Notes: generated from the letters alone by a model not told the origin. DNA of 64,000 nt from Lama guanicoe (GCA_013239625.1 MU053876.1:113394-177393); one strand, 5' to 3'. Positions 13,345 through 27,222 are shown, counted from the stretch's first letter. Numbers and translations are program-made.

Positions 13345-13575
13345 AGTATCAGCATTTATTAAATAAGCACCTTGGAAACCCAGTAACTACATGTAGTATC
13401 ACTGCTTTTCATCCTAACCTTTACAGCAATCAGGCAAGTAATTACTATTGTTGTCAACTCAGACATTAGGTCAATGAGGTGCAAACTTGCCTGAAGTCAC
13501 AACCAGGTAACAGAACTGGCTCTTGAAGGCAGATCTGACTCATTCTTAAGCCTGTACTCTTTCCACCATGCGATG
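13345..13575 (-). mobile_element. MIR SINE
   Basis: cagcatttattaaa...acttgcctgaagtcacaaccaggtaacagaactgg...gcagatctgactc...ctttccaccatgc. Confidence 0.6.
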
Positions 13576-16207
13576 CTGTTTCCTGAATCTATGTATAACA
13601 TTTCCCAGAATCTGTAACGGGCAACACCGTTAGCTCCTCCGCCTGTCCTCCTGAGACGCTACTGTCTTATACTTTATTTACTTATTTCTATTTCTCTATT
13701 TCCAGAGCCATTGGACTTGGAGATTTACTCTGGTCTGCACAAATCCTCTGACATTCTGAAAGTACTTACTGTCGTAAACGTTCTACACTTCACGGAATAT
13801 TAGCGCAGGAAGAGACTTAGATGTGCCCTACATCTTCCTCTTCTTTTCATCAGGTGGGACTCAGGGAGGTTAGTGTGACTTACTCAAGTCTCCTTCCTCC
13901 CGAGTGCTGTCACTGCTGTCAGAGTGGCCAGGTGGGGACACCTGGACTATTCACCTCTCTCAACGGGTAGCCACGCAGCTGAAGGGGTCAAAGAGTGTGG
14001 CCACCGGAGTGGCACAGGCTTGACAAAGAGCATTCACACTTGACCCTGGAAGCCCGTTCTTGGTAGGCACTAAGGGAAGGTGTCCAAGGCGGCAACACTC
14101 TTACGTCTTGGTTCAAAGAGGTGGCAGCAACTGCTACTACAATTCGGCAAAGACGGACGCATAACTTTAACAACTTATTCCCCAGGGTCCTCCCACCACT
14201 CAAGGGAGGCAGGTGACACTGGGGCTAGCTTCGATCTACAATTTCACTTTGCAAGTCTATCCTATAAAATAATGACATCAGTATTTAAGGACATTTGTAC
14301 AAGGATGTTCGCTAAAGCACTTCCTGTAGCCGTACCAAACCACACCTGCAACTTGCTCATCAATACAGCACTGGCTGACTTTAACTGTGATCTGTCTGCT
14401 ACGGGATGCTATGCAAAAGGTTAACAACAGATCTGTATCTGTTAGTCTATGGAGTCAAATCTATAGAATAACGTACATAATAAGATCTCATTGTTGTAAA
14501 AACACAACAATCACAAAACATTTATACATGTGCCTACACAAATGTGTTTACATAAATAAGTAAGTATTTATATAAATAAATAAAATATGGACTATTAAGA
14601 TTTGCAGCCCAGGGTGAAAGGGTGTGGAGGCAATTACACTTCTTCACCATCCATCGTTACACTGTGTTTTGGGCAGGGGTGAACTTCCCTACACTTACTT
14701 GCTTTATTCGTGAACCAGAGATAATAATGAATATCTCTTGAATGTTGTGGGAGTGAAAATAACTTACGCATAATGCCCAGCACTTAGCAGACATTTCATA
14801 CATCACACTAATATTATTATCTTTTTCTTTCATACCAAGAGCTTGTTTTGGTCCAGCTATAGTGTTTTATATAAAATACTTCTGTCTTTAAAAAATACTG
14901 TGTTCAGTATCCACAGATCCAAAATCAACAGAAAAATAAAAGCTACCTTCTTAAGCTCAACTCACTCAAACTCTAATGGGGCTAGCTCCCTAATATTTTA
15001 ACAGGAACCAAGGAAAACTAATTCAGATTAAATAAAAGTACCGAAGGAGCGCAGTGTGGCTCTGGCAACTTCTCTAAACATAAATGATCTCCTTTGTAAG
15101 ACGGTGATGAAAATGTTTACTCTGCTTCCCTCCCAAGGGTCTGAAGAGAAAGACGATGCTTGTGGAAATGCTCAGTAATCTGAAAGTACCATACAAATGA
15201 AGTATTGTTTTAAAGCTAAGACTGTGCCCATTCATAAGCATGAAGTTCAAGATTATTTAAGAGTCAAATATACAAAGTGATTTAGATACTAAAAAAAAAT
15301 ACAAGAAAGTGACTTCGTACCTCAAAGAAGTGACTTGGAAAGCCAGAGAACTGTCAAAGGGAGCTGTGGGATGTGGACCAGCAGAACAGCACACCCACCT
15401 GGCTCTGACACCCACTCTGTCACTGGGTATGTCTGGGGCGGTGTCCTTGTGAGAACTACTATGGTAATCCGTTTCCCACTGGTATTGTCGGGGTCAGAGA
15501 GGCGGTATGTTAGTGCTTCTCAGTCATATCACACTTAATGACCCCCTTTTGTAACAAATACTTTGAAACTTATTGTTCCCTAACTTGAAATGAAGCTCTT
15601 AGAGCACTAACTGTAACCGAGGATCCAGGCTCCGGAGCTTCCTCCTTTGAGCAAAGCCTCAGCCCTCAGCCCTCAGCCCTCTTATCAGCAACCTCTTTGA
15701 AAACCTTCCCTGCGCCCTGGCCCGCTGAGCAGCTGCGTTCTGCTCCTTCCCTTTGCTCCCGGGTCTGGCCACGTTACTAAACTTGGCCAATGGAATGAGC
15801 GGCTTCGTGCTTTCTCATTCAGCAGCTCATCCGCACTCCTTTTCTACGTTACTGCTTCCCATGGGCCAGAAGGCGGATGTGCAGATGCAGTCAAGTTCTG
15901 ACCTTACAGGAGAGGACCACACCCTAGGGGCTGGCATAACAGTAAGACAGAGGAACTTGGGACTCTGGATGATCTTGCGGGGCAAGGCCTCCTCCCACCC
16001 TGGATTGCTTGCCCACCTTCGGTCATGCATGTGATGAAGAGATGAACTTCCATCTCGTCTGACACACTGCAGTTTGGTGTCTCCCTGTTCTATGATCGTA
16101 GTCTTTATTCTAATTAATACATCTGGTTGCATGAATAATTTCAAAAAACTGTAAGAGTCATATAAAAAAGAAGTAAAAGAAAATATACTTAAAATAAATA
16201 AAATGAC

Positions 16208-16340
16208 CTTTTTTGGTTTTTTTTTATTTGGGGGGGGATTAGGTTTATTTCTGTAATTTTTTAATGGCGGTACTCAGGACAGAACCCAGGACCTTGCGCC
16301 TGCTAGGCATGTGCTCCACCACTGAGCTATACCCTCCCCC
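16208..16340 (-). mobile_element. tRNA-derived SINE (Vic-1-like)
   Basis: Ends ...ggcatgtgctccaccactgagctataccctccccc; T-rich tail on the left. Confidence 0.85.
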
Positions 16341-17595
16341 AGCATGGATTTTTATATGTATATGCTTGGGAGCAGCTCCATTTGAGGACACGAGCCATCA
16401 GATAAGTGTCAGTCATCCCGGTCACGATATAAGTGAGCCAGGAGGGTCAAAGTCATGCTGCACAGGATCTGTGGGACCAAGTACCAGCGGAAGCAGTGGC
16501 GGACACGAGAAGAGACACACGTCTAGTAAAAGGTCAGGCACTGGTGTATGTTGAGAGAAAAGAGATTAATCTTAAATGGAAGAAATAATATTCCAAGGTA
16601 AATTACAGACTGAATGTAGAAAATGAGAAGAATGATATTCTCCCAAATGAGCTTGGCAAAGTAACTCCCAGGAGGGAGAAATAATTCTCTGTGCTATGAC
16701 TCGGATTTGACTGTGGGGTGACTGGCTAACAAAATTCACAGAAAAATACAGCTCCTTTCTTGAAATCATACAACATATCGGTGCGTACACTCAGTCTCCA
16801 GTACGTGAAAAGGACTTGACCATAACTTCAACAGTGAGGAAGAGTATCTTGATAAATTGGAAAAAGAAGCAACAATGTGGAAAAGAAGCAACAGTAAGGA
16901 ATTTTAAGATAGACTTTCGAGGACAGTATCAGAGTAAGACAGGAAAATAACAGGCTATCCAAAAATAATTTCAATATGTAATGTTTTTAACATAGATTTC
17001 TTATCATCATCCTAACATATTTTAAAAATATAAAGGGTAGCAATACTATAAAATATTTCTAAATGTTTATCTTTAAAAATTCAATGCAATCAATATATTC
17101 CATGTGTCTGTTAAATTAATAATATTTTATTTTAAGACTATTAAAAGGCATCTCAAATTTCCTTTTATGTATTTGTAAATGTTTTCCTTGGTTTCTCAGT
17201 AATTGCACTTCTAACAGCTAAATATATGGTTGAAAATGGTACAATGCGTTGAGTAGAAAATAAGTAAATTATTCAATAATTTCAAGAACAGTATGTTTAT
17301 TCCATTTCAGCTGTCTTCTCCATAATAAGTCTTCTAAATTCCTTGGCTTTTTGCCTAATGTATTATATAGTTCAGTTTTTTTTAATATTAAATCACTATA
17401 TGATTGTATTTGTAGTTTGTTGAATCCAGCAGGACATTCAAAAGGACAAATGTTGGACATTTTTCGTTATTCAGTCCTGTTCCATGCACTGCAAGACATC
17501 TAATGTCCTTAGCTTCTGTCCAATAAAATGCCCATATTCCCCCAAATTACCTTACCCCAAAACGCTTCCACAAATTCCTAGAACAACTCATAGGG

Positions 17596-17885
17596 CAGTG
17601 TCTCTCACAGTATCTGGGGTAAAGGACCAGTTACCCACCCTCCAAGCTGTCCAAGATCTATACTCTTTTATTAAAAAAAAAAAGTTACTAGGAAAAAAAT
17701 GAAATAAAAAACAAAGACATACAAAATATATGTTTCATTTTAGTACACTCAGTGGACAAGAACGACTCTGCCAAATTAGCAGCCCAATTTCTGAGTGGTT
17801 CCTCTCAGTTTCTGCTCTTATCTCACTGCAGACCAACAGTTTACAGACCAGCTCTGGTCCAGGGGCCACACTGTGAACATCACTG
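17596..17885. mobile_element. hAT/Charlie-type MITE
   Basis: CAGTG...CACTG termini with degenerate 8-bp TSD tcataggg/tcctagag, resembling the NTCTAGAN target preference. Confidence 0.6.
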
Positions 17886-19070
17886 TCCTAGAGATGGCAC
17901 TGCCTTTGCTGAAAATCACTAGTAAAAATAAAGCGACACATAGAAATGTTAGTTACCATCGTCATAATTTTTATGCTAAATATCCTTTTGCAGAGACTGA
18001 AATAAACAATTCCATCCACACTGACAGCCCTGCACTGCTTCACGCACTCCTGCCTAGATCGTCAGACAAACGCACAAGTCCTATCCCCTTCCTTGTTTAA
18101 AGGGCAACCTTGTCTTCTATGCTACTGAATTCCTCTCTGCAAAGGTGCATCAACACAGCCAGAGAAAAGTCCAGATTCCTTTTAGAGGCCAAAAGTAAAA
18201 GGAGAAAACAAAATCTGATTTTTAAAGGACTCACAAAATACACACATGCAGAACACGAAACGATGCTCAGCTCGCTGCCTGTTCACCTGCTGGTCCACAC
18301 TCAGCATCCTTTTCCTCAATGCCCACATCCCACTCGCCCTTCCGTGGGCCCACTCCAGACCCACCCCGCCCCTCAGCACAGGAAGAGCCACAGGACAGGC
18401 CTCCCTTTCTCCCACAATTCTTCTTCTTATGACACCAGTATAGCATCTGTCCAGAAGAATTTGTTTTAAGCACTGACTCCTTCCCTTTTCAGTGGTGTCC
18501 TGTTAGGAATATTGTCACTTGAGAAAACCGTCAAGGTTCATCTTATCCCAATCACGGTTTTGACGGTAAGTACAGTGAAACGTCTCTCTGCATACAATAT
18601 ATGGAATGACATGTTAAATTTTAAGCATCTCTTTAAAATGCTATTGACTTTATAAATTTTCATGAAAGAGTCATACAAATGTCTGATGTTTAACATTACA
18701 CTGAAGTCCATACTAAGCTGTGACTTTTAATTATTTGAATTTTCCATGAAGATTATTTGCCCACATTACAATAACACAGTATACAAAACATTTTACTATA
18801 TGAAAATATGTACATGAAATGTAATTCAAATGAAAACAACTATTTATTTGTTAAGTTCAAATTTTCTGCTGTTCTGATATCTGATAATTCTGTAACAGTG
18901 ATGTAAGTAACCATAAATATTACATTTCTAGTGTCAACCACACTAACATTTGCAAGAAAAAATTGATGTATCATTTTGGTTTTAAATATTAATTTAATTT
19001 TGTTTTAAACACAGTATTAATCAAACTGAATTTGAAGTCTGTATACCTTTTCAATAAAGCACGATCTTAC

Positions 19071-19117
19071 CCTTTTCTTGGCCACCACAGCAACTCTGCC
19101 ATCTGCTTTGGATTTGT
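19071..19117 (-). CDS. ZCWPW2: ZCWPW2 47-nt coding exon
   Basis: Acceptor tattatcttacAG, donor AGG|GTAAGA. Phase 1 to 0. Reads (D)KSKADGRVAVVAKKR, in frame with both neighbouring exons. Confidence 0.88.
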
Positions 19118-19729
19118 CTGTAAGATAATAAAGTAGAGCTGCTTCAGAAAAGTGCCTACACTCCTGCCCAAGTAAACGCAACATGACGCAATTAGAATTC
19201 CCTACTTGTTCCCACTGTGAGATGTGTCTTCAGTGGGCCTTTCGATCAAAATGCTAACAAACTCGGCTCCCAGAGTTGAGTACAACAAAGTAATCCAAAA
19301 GTAAGAACATCAGGGATTCGAATGTATCCTTATTTGATAAACCTCCTCCTTTAAATCTGATTGGCGGGTTGGATGTCCTCAAGTGAGCATCCAGTGTATC
19401 TCATTTCTACATTCTGGTCAGCTTGTGTGATCGTGAGCATGAAGGGTCTGGAATTCAATCTCAGCCACCTCTATCTGCACATCTGCTACATGCCAGACAT
19501 GGAATAAAGACTTTACAGAGACAATATCTTATTTAATCCTCACGACCGTCTTGCAAGGTGTGTACTCCACCCTCACTCGATAGCCCAAAGTGGTGCAGCG
19601 GGGCACGTCCATCTGACTGCAGGTCCCTAACTGTCCTTATGTCTGCAGCCTCCTCTGGGGCCCTGGGAGCTGCCAACAGTGCCTCAGAGAAAGACTCAGC
19701 AAGAATGAAGACTATAATCAAACAGAACA

Positions 19730-22700
19730 CAGCTGACCTGAACAACGTGGGGGTTAAGAGCGTGGACCCCTTGTGCAGTCAAAAATTCAAGGATAACTTT
19801 TGACTCCCCTAAAACTCAACTACCAGTAGCCTCCTGTTAACTGGAAACCTTACCAATAACATAAACTGTCGATTAACACACATTTTGCAGGTTATATGTA
19901 TACTGTATTCTTACAATAAGGTAAGCGAGAGAAAAGAAAATGTATTAAGCAAATCATAAGAAAGAGAAAAAACATTTATAGTACTCCACTGTATATATCA
20001 ATGCTGTGAGTTTACATGATTTGTTTACAAGGTCTGTCAGGACCTACGTCAGTATTGTCTTCTATGATCTAAACACTGCAGATGTTACATGTATTACTAA
20101 CACTAGACAGCAAAAATGAAAAGATAATGTGAAAAAGAAATTCATGTTTATTTATAGGTATAATGATTCACACACTGATAATAAAGCAGCAGCTACATGA
20201 CTGCTTTATGGAGGCCCAGGGTAACGGGCAGGATTGCATCACGGGAGCCCAGCCTACACACTGAAGAATGCATCATTATCAAATTTTTAGGGCACACAGT
20301 ACTACGGGCATTTTATAAGACAGTCCGGGAAACACATTAAATTTTTTAAAAACCACTCACCTGTGATGATTGGCTGATACGGTTTCTCCAATTACGAGAG
20401 ACAGAGATGTACTGTAGGGTAATGTAATTCTTTGAAAGCAAAGTTGTAAAACAGTAAGAAAGCTAACAGGATGAATTTCATGTAAGTATCACTCACCCTG
20501 TGCCTCCGTAAGGATATGCTTACACCGACTTCATCACGGGTCTTGGACACAATGTTCTACAGGATGTTGATGACAACGATGCTGCCACAAAAAGCCCCAT
20601 GCAGCTATTCGATGTACATGAAGACACGCCCATAATACGCAGCAGATAAGGTTACTAACTGTCCGGCATGGTGACTCTTCGCTATTCATTAAGTAGAAGT
20701 GGGTCATCATAAAGGTCTTCATCCTCGCCGTCTTCAAGTTGAGGAGGTGGAGGGGGAGGAGGAGAAGGAGTGGGTGCTAGAGACAGACGAGGTGGAGGGG
20801 GTGGAAGGGGAGACAGGTAGACAGGCACACTCCATGTAGCTTTGCAAATATTCATCTTACTTTCTTCTGACTTTTTTTTTGCTTCTTTGTTTCTCCAAAA
20901 ATGTTTCTCTATGGTACGTTGTTTTTCCACTGTTTGCTTTAGTTTCAGTGCCTGTATCACAGAAGGATCCGTGTCATAAAAGAAGTCAGAAGCAGACTTG
21001 AATATTTAGAACCCTTCTACCAGACTGTCTAATGTCAGTCTGTTACTGGCACTGCTCCCTCCACATCTTCTTCCTCATCATCTGGCGCTGGTTTGGAAGC
21101 ACTCATCTGTTAATTCCTCTGGCGTGGTGTCTATTAGCTCTTAAATTTCTCCAAGATTCATATCTTGAAACTTCACACCCCTTCCTTTATTTTGGCCATA
21201 TTCACAGTCACTTTCATGATTTCCTTGACTGGTTCTGTCGTGAATCCTGTGAAGTCACGCACAACATCTGGTAACAGTTTTCTCCAGCAGGAATTTACCG
21301 TTTGGGGCTTGATGGCTTTCAGGGCTTTTCTAGTAACAACGGCGTCATCAATGGCATAATCCCTTCAGTCTTCCATGATGTTCTGTCTACCAGGATTCTC
21401 CTCCACAGCATTAGCAATCCCTTCCAATCCCTACCATGTGTAATGAGCCTTCAAGGTCCTCTGACCCCTGATCTAGAGACTGAATCAGAGACACTGTGTT
21501 TGGGGGCAAGCAGACCACTCCGACCCCTTCGGTGTTGAACTCATGGGGTTCTGGGTGGCCAAGGGCACTGTCTAATATTAAAAGAGCTTTAAAAGGCAGT
21601 CCCCTACTGGCAAGGAGCTTCCTGACTTCAGGGACAGAGCACTGATGAAGCCAGTCCAGAAAAAGGCTTCTTGTTGCCCAACCATAAGACTGGCAGCTGG
21701 TGTTTATCTTCTCCCTTCAAGGCTTCGGGGGTTAGCAGCTTTATGGATGAGGGCAGTCCTGACCATAAACCCTACTGCATTTGCACGAAGCCAAAGAGTT
21801 AGCCTGTCGCTTCCTGTCTTAAATCCTCGTGCTGGTTTCTCTTTCTTACTAACAAATGTCCTTTGTGGCATTTTGTTTTTCCCAGAACAGGGCACTTTGT
21901 TTGCATTAAAAAAACCTTTTCAGGCAGATATCCTTTCTCTTCAGTGACTTTCTTAATGGTGTCTGGGGACCTTGTCTCCTGCCTCTTGGTCAGCAGAAGC
22001 TGTTTTTCCTGTTATCGTGACATTTCTTAAGCCAAACCTCTTTCTAAAATTACCAAATCATCCTTTGATGGCATTAAATTCTCCAGCTTTGGATTCCTCA
22101 TCTTCTTTTTGCTTTAAGTTGTCAAATAATGACCTCACTTTTTCTTGGGAGTATATTGGAGTCCACACGTGTGTCTTTCTGATAGCAACCCTGCATTCAC
22201 ATTAAGGCTGCGTTTTCGACGCGAGATTAAAAGTGCAAGGTTTTCGTGCAAGTGTGTGCAGCCGCAGCAATGGCTTCATACATTTTCTTTTCTTTTTTTT
22301 TTTTAATGGCTGGATTCCTCCATCCTCAAACGGCGGCATCTTCAGCTGCAGACCTCAATCTACATTACATATCAAGCAATTCAACTTGTCCTTGTCATGT
22401 CATGACTCTGCTTCTCGGGAGCACTTCCAGCATCACTAGTGGCACCTTGTGGGTCCACAGCATTGCTCAAGGTTAATGGTATTGCACTAAACACGATGCA
22501 AAATACGTGAGAACATTCTATTGCCATGCACAACTCACTGGAGAGATAAACTGCTCATGCAGAGGTGATCAGGGTCACAGCATTTTAAGCGGATACTCAC
22601 TACACTTGAACTCACAACAGCCAACAGCAGATGGCTATGGAATTATTATAGTTGAACAGTATGTACTACAGTTAATTTTATGCAATTATGATTTAATACT

Positions 22701-23041
22701 GCATCTTTACCTTTGTTTACATTTCTCTCGACTCTGAATGGAACCATGTACAATCTGTGTTTGCATACATTTTGATAAAATTTAACTCTTTACTATAGAT
22801 TTGTATGGATTTTATGGTAGTGAATGATAAAATTGACTAGTATCTACATATATTTTAATCATTCATGATATACCTTTCTCTTAATTTTTTCAATATTTCT
22901 AGGCTATGAAGTTCATCTGTGAATTTTTTCAAATTGTCGCAAATCTCCAAAAATATTTCCATATACTTACTATGAATTCATTGAAATCTGTGTATAAGCA
23001 GAGTCATGCAGTTCAAACTTATGTTGTTCAAGGGTCAACTG
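19730..23041 (-). mobile_element. Near full-length Tigger2-family (pogo/Tc1-mariner) DNA transposon with decayed transposase
   Basis: TIRs cagctgacctgaacaacgtggg (19730) and tgttgttcaagggtcaactg|TA (23041). Minus-strand transposase remnants at about 20700-22460, e.g. MPQRTFVSKKEKPARGFKTGSDRLTLWLRANAVGFMVRTALIHKAANPRSL (DDE_1/CENP-B-like) and acidic tail EDGEDEDLYDDPLLLNE. Many stops and frameshifts. Confidence 0.88.
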
Positions 23042-23059
23042 TATAGAAAATTACTCTAA

Positions 23060-23582
23060 TCTAATTGTCCATCAACAGATGACTGGATAAAGAAGTAGTG
23101 GTATATTTATACAATGGAATACTACTCAGCCATAAAAAATGCTAAAAAGAATGCCATTTGCAGCAACATGGATGGTCCTGGAGAATGTCATTCTAAGTGA
23201 AGTAAGCCAGAAAGAAAGAAAAATACCATATGATATCACTCATATACGGAATCTTGAAAAAAAAAAAGACAAATGAACTTATATATAAAACAGAAGCAGA
23301 TTCACAGACATAGAACACAGATTTGTGGTTGCCAGGGGGGAGGCAGGTGGGAGGGGATAATCTGGGAGTTCAAGATTTACAGATACTGAATGGTATATAT
23401 AAAATAGATAAACAAGTTTATACTGTATGGAACAGAGAAATATATTCAATATCTTGTAGTAGCTTACAGTGAAAAAGAATATAAAAACGAATATATGTAT
23501 GTTCCTACATGACTCAAGTACTGTGCTGTACACCAGAAATTGACACAATATTGTAAACTGACTATATCTCAATTTAAAAAAA
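23060..23582 (+). mobile_element. Young L1 3' fragment (camelid-type 3'UTR), 5'-truncated
   Basis: tgtccatcaacagatgactggataaagaag...ccagaaattgacacaatattgtaaactgactat plus poly(A). TSD agaaaatta at 23045-23053 and 23583-23591. Confidence 0.85.
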
Positions 23583-26500
23583 AGAAAATTATTTTGAGGT
23601 ATCATTTTGATATGTGCAAAAGTATACGTGTGTGTGTATTAGTAAAAATTATTGGCATAACTATGGATTTTTAAAAAAGTGTTCAATCTGGAATTCTGCA
23701 ACTGAATAGGTTATATGTAAATATTTATTCATAGATATGTTTTAGAAACCTTAGTATTGTAGGAATGAAAAATGGAAAGTGTTATGGACATTAATAGTAA
23801 AGTTCTAGGGTTACCTTTAACATTAAAGAAAAATACAGAAATTTATCAGTGGAGTAGTAGAGTTCACAATAGACATGTAAAGCAAATTATGCCGTAAAAA
23901 AAATTATTTCCGGAAAACCCAGAAATGCAGAGAAGCAGGTTGTTACATGCATACCTATGACTGTCTGGCCACATGTAAACTGCCCTCTTGCCCTGTGTTC
24001 AGCTGCGTGTTTGAAATAATCCTTTCTTCTGGAGTACACTTTCTCCTTACTGGTGAATGTACCAGATCATCTCCTTCCACAGATGATTCTTCCAATTAGG
24101 AGTAATACCCACCTGTCTTACAAATCCACAGTCTTAGGCCACAGAACTTTCTTCCTTGTATTATGGTTACTTCTATATCTCTCTAAGCACTCTGCAAGAC
24201 CAGGGTGTGTGCCTTAAAGACACGGACTATTTTTCATATGCAGCAGGTGCTCAGTTTTTTTATATGTAGTATATATACATATATTCTATTCAAAATATTA
24301 TATGGATCTGAAAGACACATTGTACCTGAACATATTAATATAATTTATTAATTAAAATACAGTAGAACATATACATGGTATAAGGTACTAGGCAGTGTGA
24401 GGTGTAAAATACTGTGTGTTCTCAGACCTTCAGTTTCTTTATTGATAAACAAGGGGCAGTACATTGGTATACTGTGAGATTTCAATAATATAATCTACAT
24501 AGTAAAGCTCTAAAACAATGCCTGGTAGATAACAGACATTAACAATATTCTCTTACATTTTAGCTAACTGGTGTGTGCGTGTGAGAGCGAAAAAAAAGAG
24601 AAACCTTAATCCTTATACTACTAGGAAATAGTTCAGTGATAATTCATTTCACTATTGTATCAGCTTTTTAAGTGATTCCTTCATTCTTCCATTTAAATAA
24701 TTATTTTAGTCTTTAAAACACAGTTGGGAATAACTGATGAGTAATGATAAAACAGCAAAATAATGCAAGGTAGAAGAAAAAAATTAGATCACTGAAATTC
24801 CATAATACATTTTAGATTTATTAAAGGGCCCAGTGAAACCTGATAGTAATTACAAGATAGAATAATTTTGTTCTATCAAAAAATTTTTTTTTCTCCTTAT
24901 TCTATTGACCTCTGATAATAGCAAAAAAAAAAATCACAATGAAATACCATCTGTACAAATACTTAAAACTGCACAAAGAAACTTAAAAACTAAAATTGGA
25001 TCCAAAGGACCCTGATCAAGTACTGACAGTTAATGGTTAATGATAATAGAATAGAAATGTATGTTTCTCCTCAAAACATAAGTCATGCTTATGTGAAATT
25101 CTCAGTAGGGAGGTGAATTGGAAACAGAAATATCCAAATTGTTGTTCAAGAAACTTTTTACATTCAAAAGTGGCAGAACCGTCTCCCAGGGCAACAGAAC
25201 CACCCATTTCAAATGCCAAAGGAAAATTCTGACGTAATACTGAAAAACGTAACAATCACTGGCGATTTCCCTGTTAATAACAGTAGGGTCCGTGCTCAAC
25301 TTCAGCAACATTAACTACTTTCTAAGAGCTGAATTCTCCCTAGTGAGAAAGGTTTAATTTCCTCCCTACAGAAATCTCTGCATGTAAGGACCCTCACGTA
25401 CGGAGTGAAAAGCAGTTAACAGGAAATGTAGATTTTGATCATTAAATGGGCCTTTTCTCCTCTTCTGAGCTATAGCCACATCATATTTTTGAAGTGCAAA
25501 AGAGGAGCTGCAGGTGGAAAATGACAAGTTCGAAATGGGTAGAGGTGGCCGTGCCTCATGACCCACAGCAGATGTTCAGAATTTTTATTCACAACCATAT
25601 CAGAGTCCAAGTACTAATATAAATCAATGGCTTCTCTTTGACTGTTTTTCCTAAAACTTGTCCACTCATGGCCTCAGAAGAACTGGCAGTACATGCTTCT
25701 TTAAATGTGACAGCGAAACCATCTTCTTAAAAACAGAAAGGATACTCTGACATGTAAAGAACTCAAAAGTAAACCACTCTGTCATAACAAGTATACAGCT
25801 GAACAAACTGAAAATCAATAGCTCTGCTTAGATCCCTCAGAGAAGTGAGTTCACAGGGCAAACCGAATTTGGAGAGACAAATTGGTGAATACAAAGCATC
25901 ACCACTGACCAGAGCAGAAACGTCTGCAGGGACCAGTACCAGGGCAGGAAAACGTGGATGGTCACGGCTGGCCTGCTGGACACTCAGTGTCAACAAGCCT
26001 GAGAGGGAAAAACTCCAGGGGGACCCAGTCGGGGGGGAGGGAGACGTACTTCGGTGAGTCTGCCTCCAGGAATGAAGACTGGGAAAGAAATCCCCCTGTG
26101 CTTCTGGCAGTGGGAGGAAAAAGAAACCATTTTGAAGTAAGCCAGGGCATTCAGTTCTTCTGAGCAAGGCCTGGCCTCAAGAGATACTCTTTTACCAGAA
26201 CCTAATGTACCAAAGTTTTTAAAGAACCAAACCAACCTGAGGGAAGGGAAACGCCCAAATCCTGGTGTGGCCTTCCCTGTGGGGGAAGGGAACTACCCAA
26301 CTCCAGCCCCCTTGAGCCATCATGTACCACCTAAGGGGGTGAAAAAAAAAAAAAAAAAGAGAAGCATTTGTGAAGCTCAAAGCCCAGTCCTGAGACCTAA
26401 TCACAGGACTCCAGAATGCCCCCTCCAAGTCCCACACATCTTACCACTGCACTATTAAAGGCCTCTTTACCATGGTTCCTTTTACCTAGTACGTCATGCC

Positions 26501-27098
26501 ACAAAAAATTACAAGGCATACTAAAAGGCAAAACACAGTTGGAAGTGACAGAGCGAGTGTCAGAAGCAGTCTTTGACATGGTAGAGATGTTGGAATCATG
26601 AGATTACGAAGTTAAAACAACTACAATTAATATGCTAAGGGCTCTAACATTAAAAGCGGAAAAAATGCAAGAACACCTGGGTGATGTAAGCAGAGATTTG
26701 GAAATTGCAAGAGATAATAAAAAAGAAACACTAGACACCAAAACACTGGAAGAGAAACAAACTATGCCTTTGATGGGCTCCTCAGCAGACTGGGCACAGC
26801 TGCGGACAGACTCACTGGGCTTGGGGACATGTCAATAGAAACTTCTAAAACTGGAAAGCAAAGAGAAAAAACAAACTAGAAAAAAACTGAACAGAATACC
26901 CAAGATCTGTGGGACAACTATAAAAGTGTAACATATGTATAATGGGAATACCAGAAGGAAAAGAAAGACAGAAAGGGACAGAAGAAATATTTACAGCAAT
27001 AAGGACTGAGAACTTCCCCTCCAGTTAATGTCAGACACCAAACCACAGCTCCAGGAAGCTCAGAGAACACCAAGCAAATATCAATAAAAACTACACTT

Positions 27099-27222
27099 GG
27101 GAGGAAGCGTATGCTCAGAAGTACAGTGTGTGCTTAGCATGCATGAGGTCCTGAGTTCAATCTCCAGTCCCTCCATTTAAATAAATAAATAAACAAACCT
27201 AAGTACCTACCCCCCCCCCAAA
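27099..27222 (+). mobile_element. tRNA-derived SINE (Vic-1-like) nested in L1 ORF1
   Basis: gtgcttagcatgcatgaggtcctgagttcaatctccag. TSD aaaaactacactt at 27086-27098 and 27223-27235. Confidence 0.88.

Noticed and set aside
15510..16800. Possible old hAT transposon interrupted by an MLT1-like LTR and a SINE
   Set aside because: I could not define termini or a family with confidence, so only the SINE is reported.
16858..16895. Short tandem duplications (tggaaaaagaagcaaca x2; similar at about 5359, 6183, 15656, 38289, 48635)
   Set aside because: Ordinary slippage duplications with no spacer architecture; not CRISPR-like or otherwise structured.
20682..20960. 92-aa proline-rich/acidic ORF
   Set aside because: It is the decayed C-terminal tail of the Tigger2 transposase, not an independent gene.
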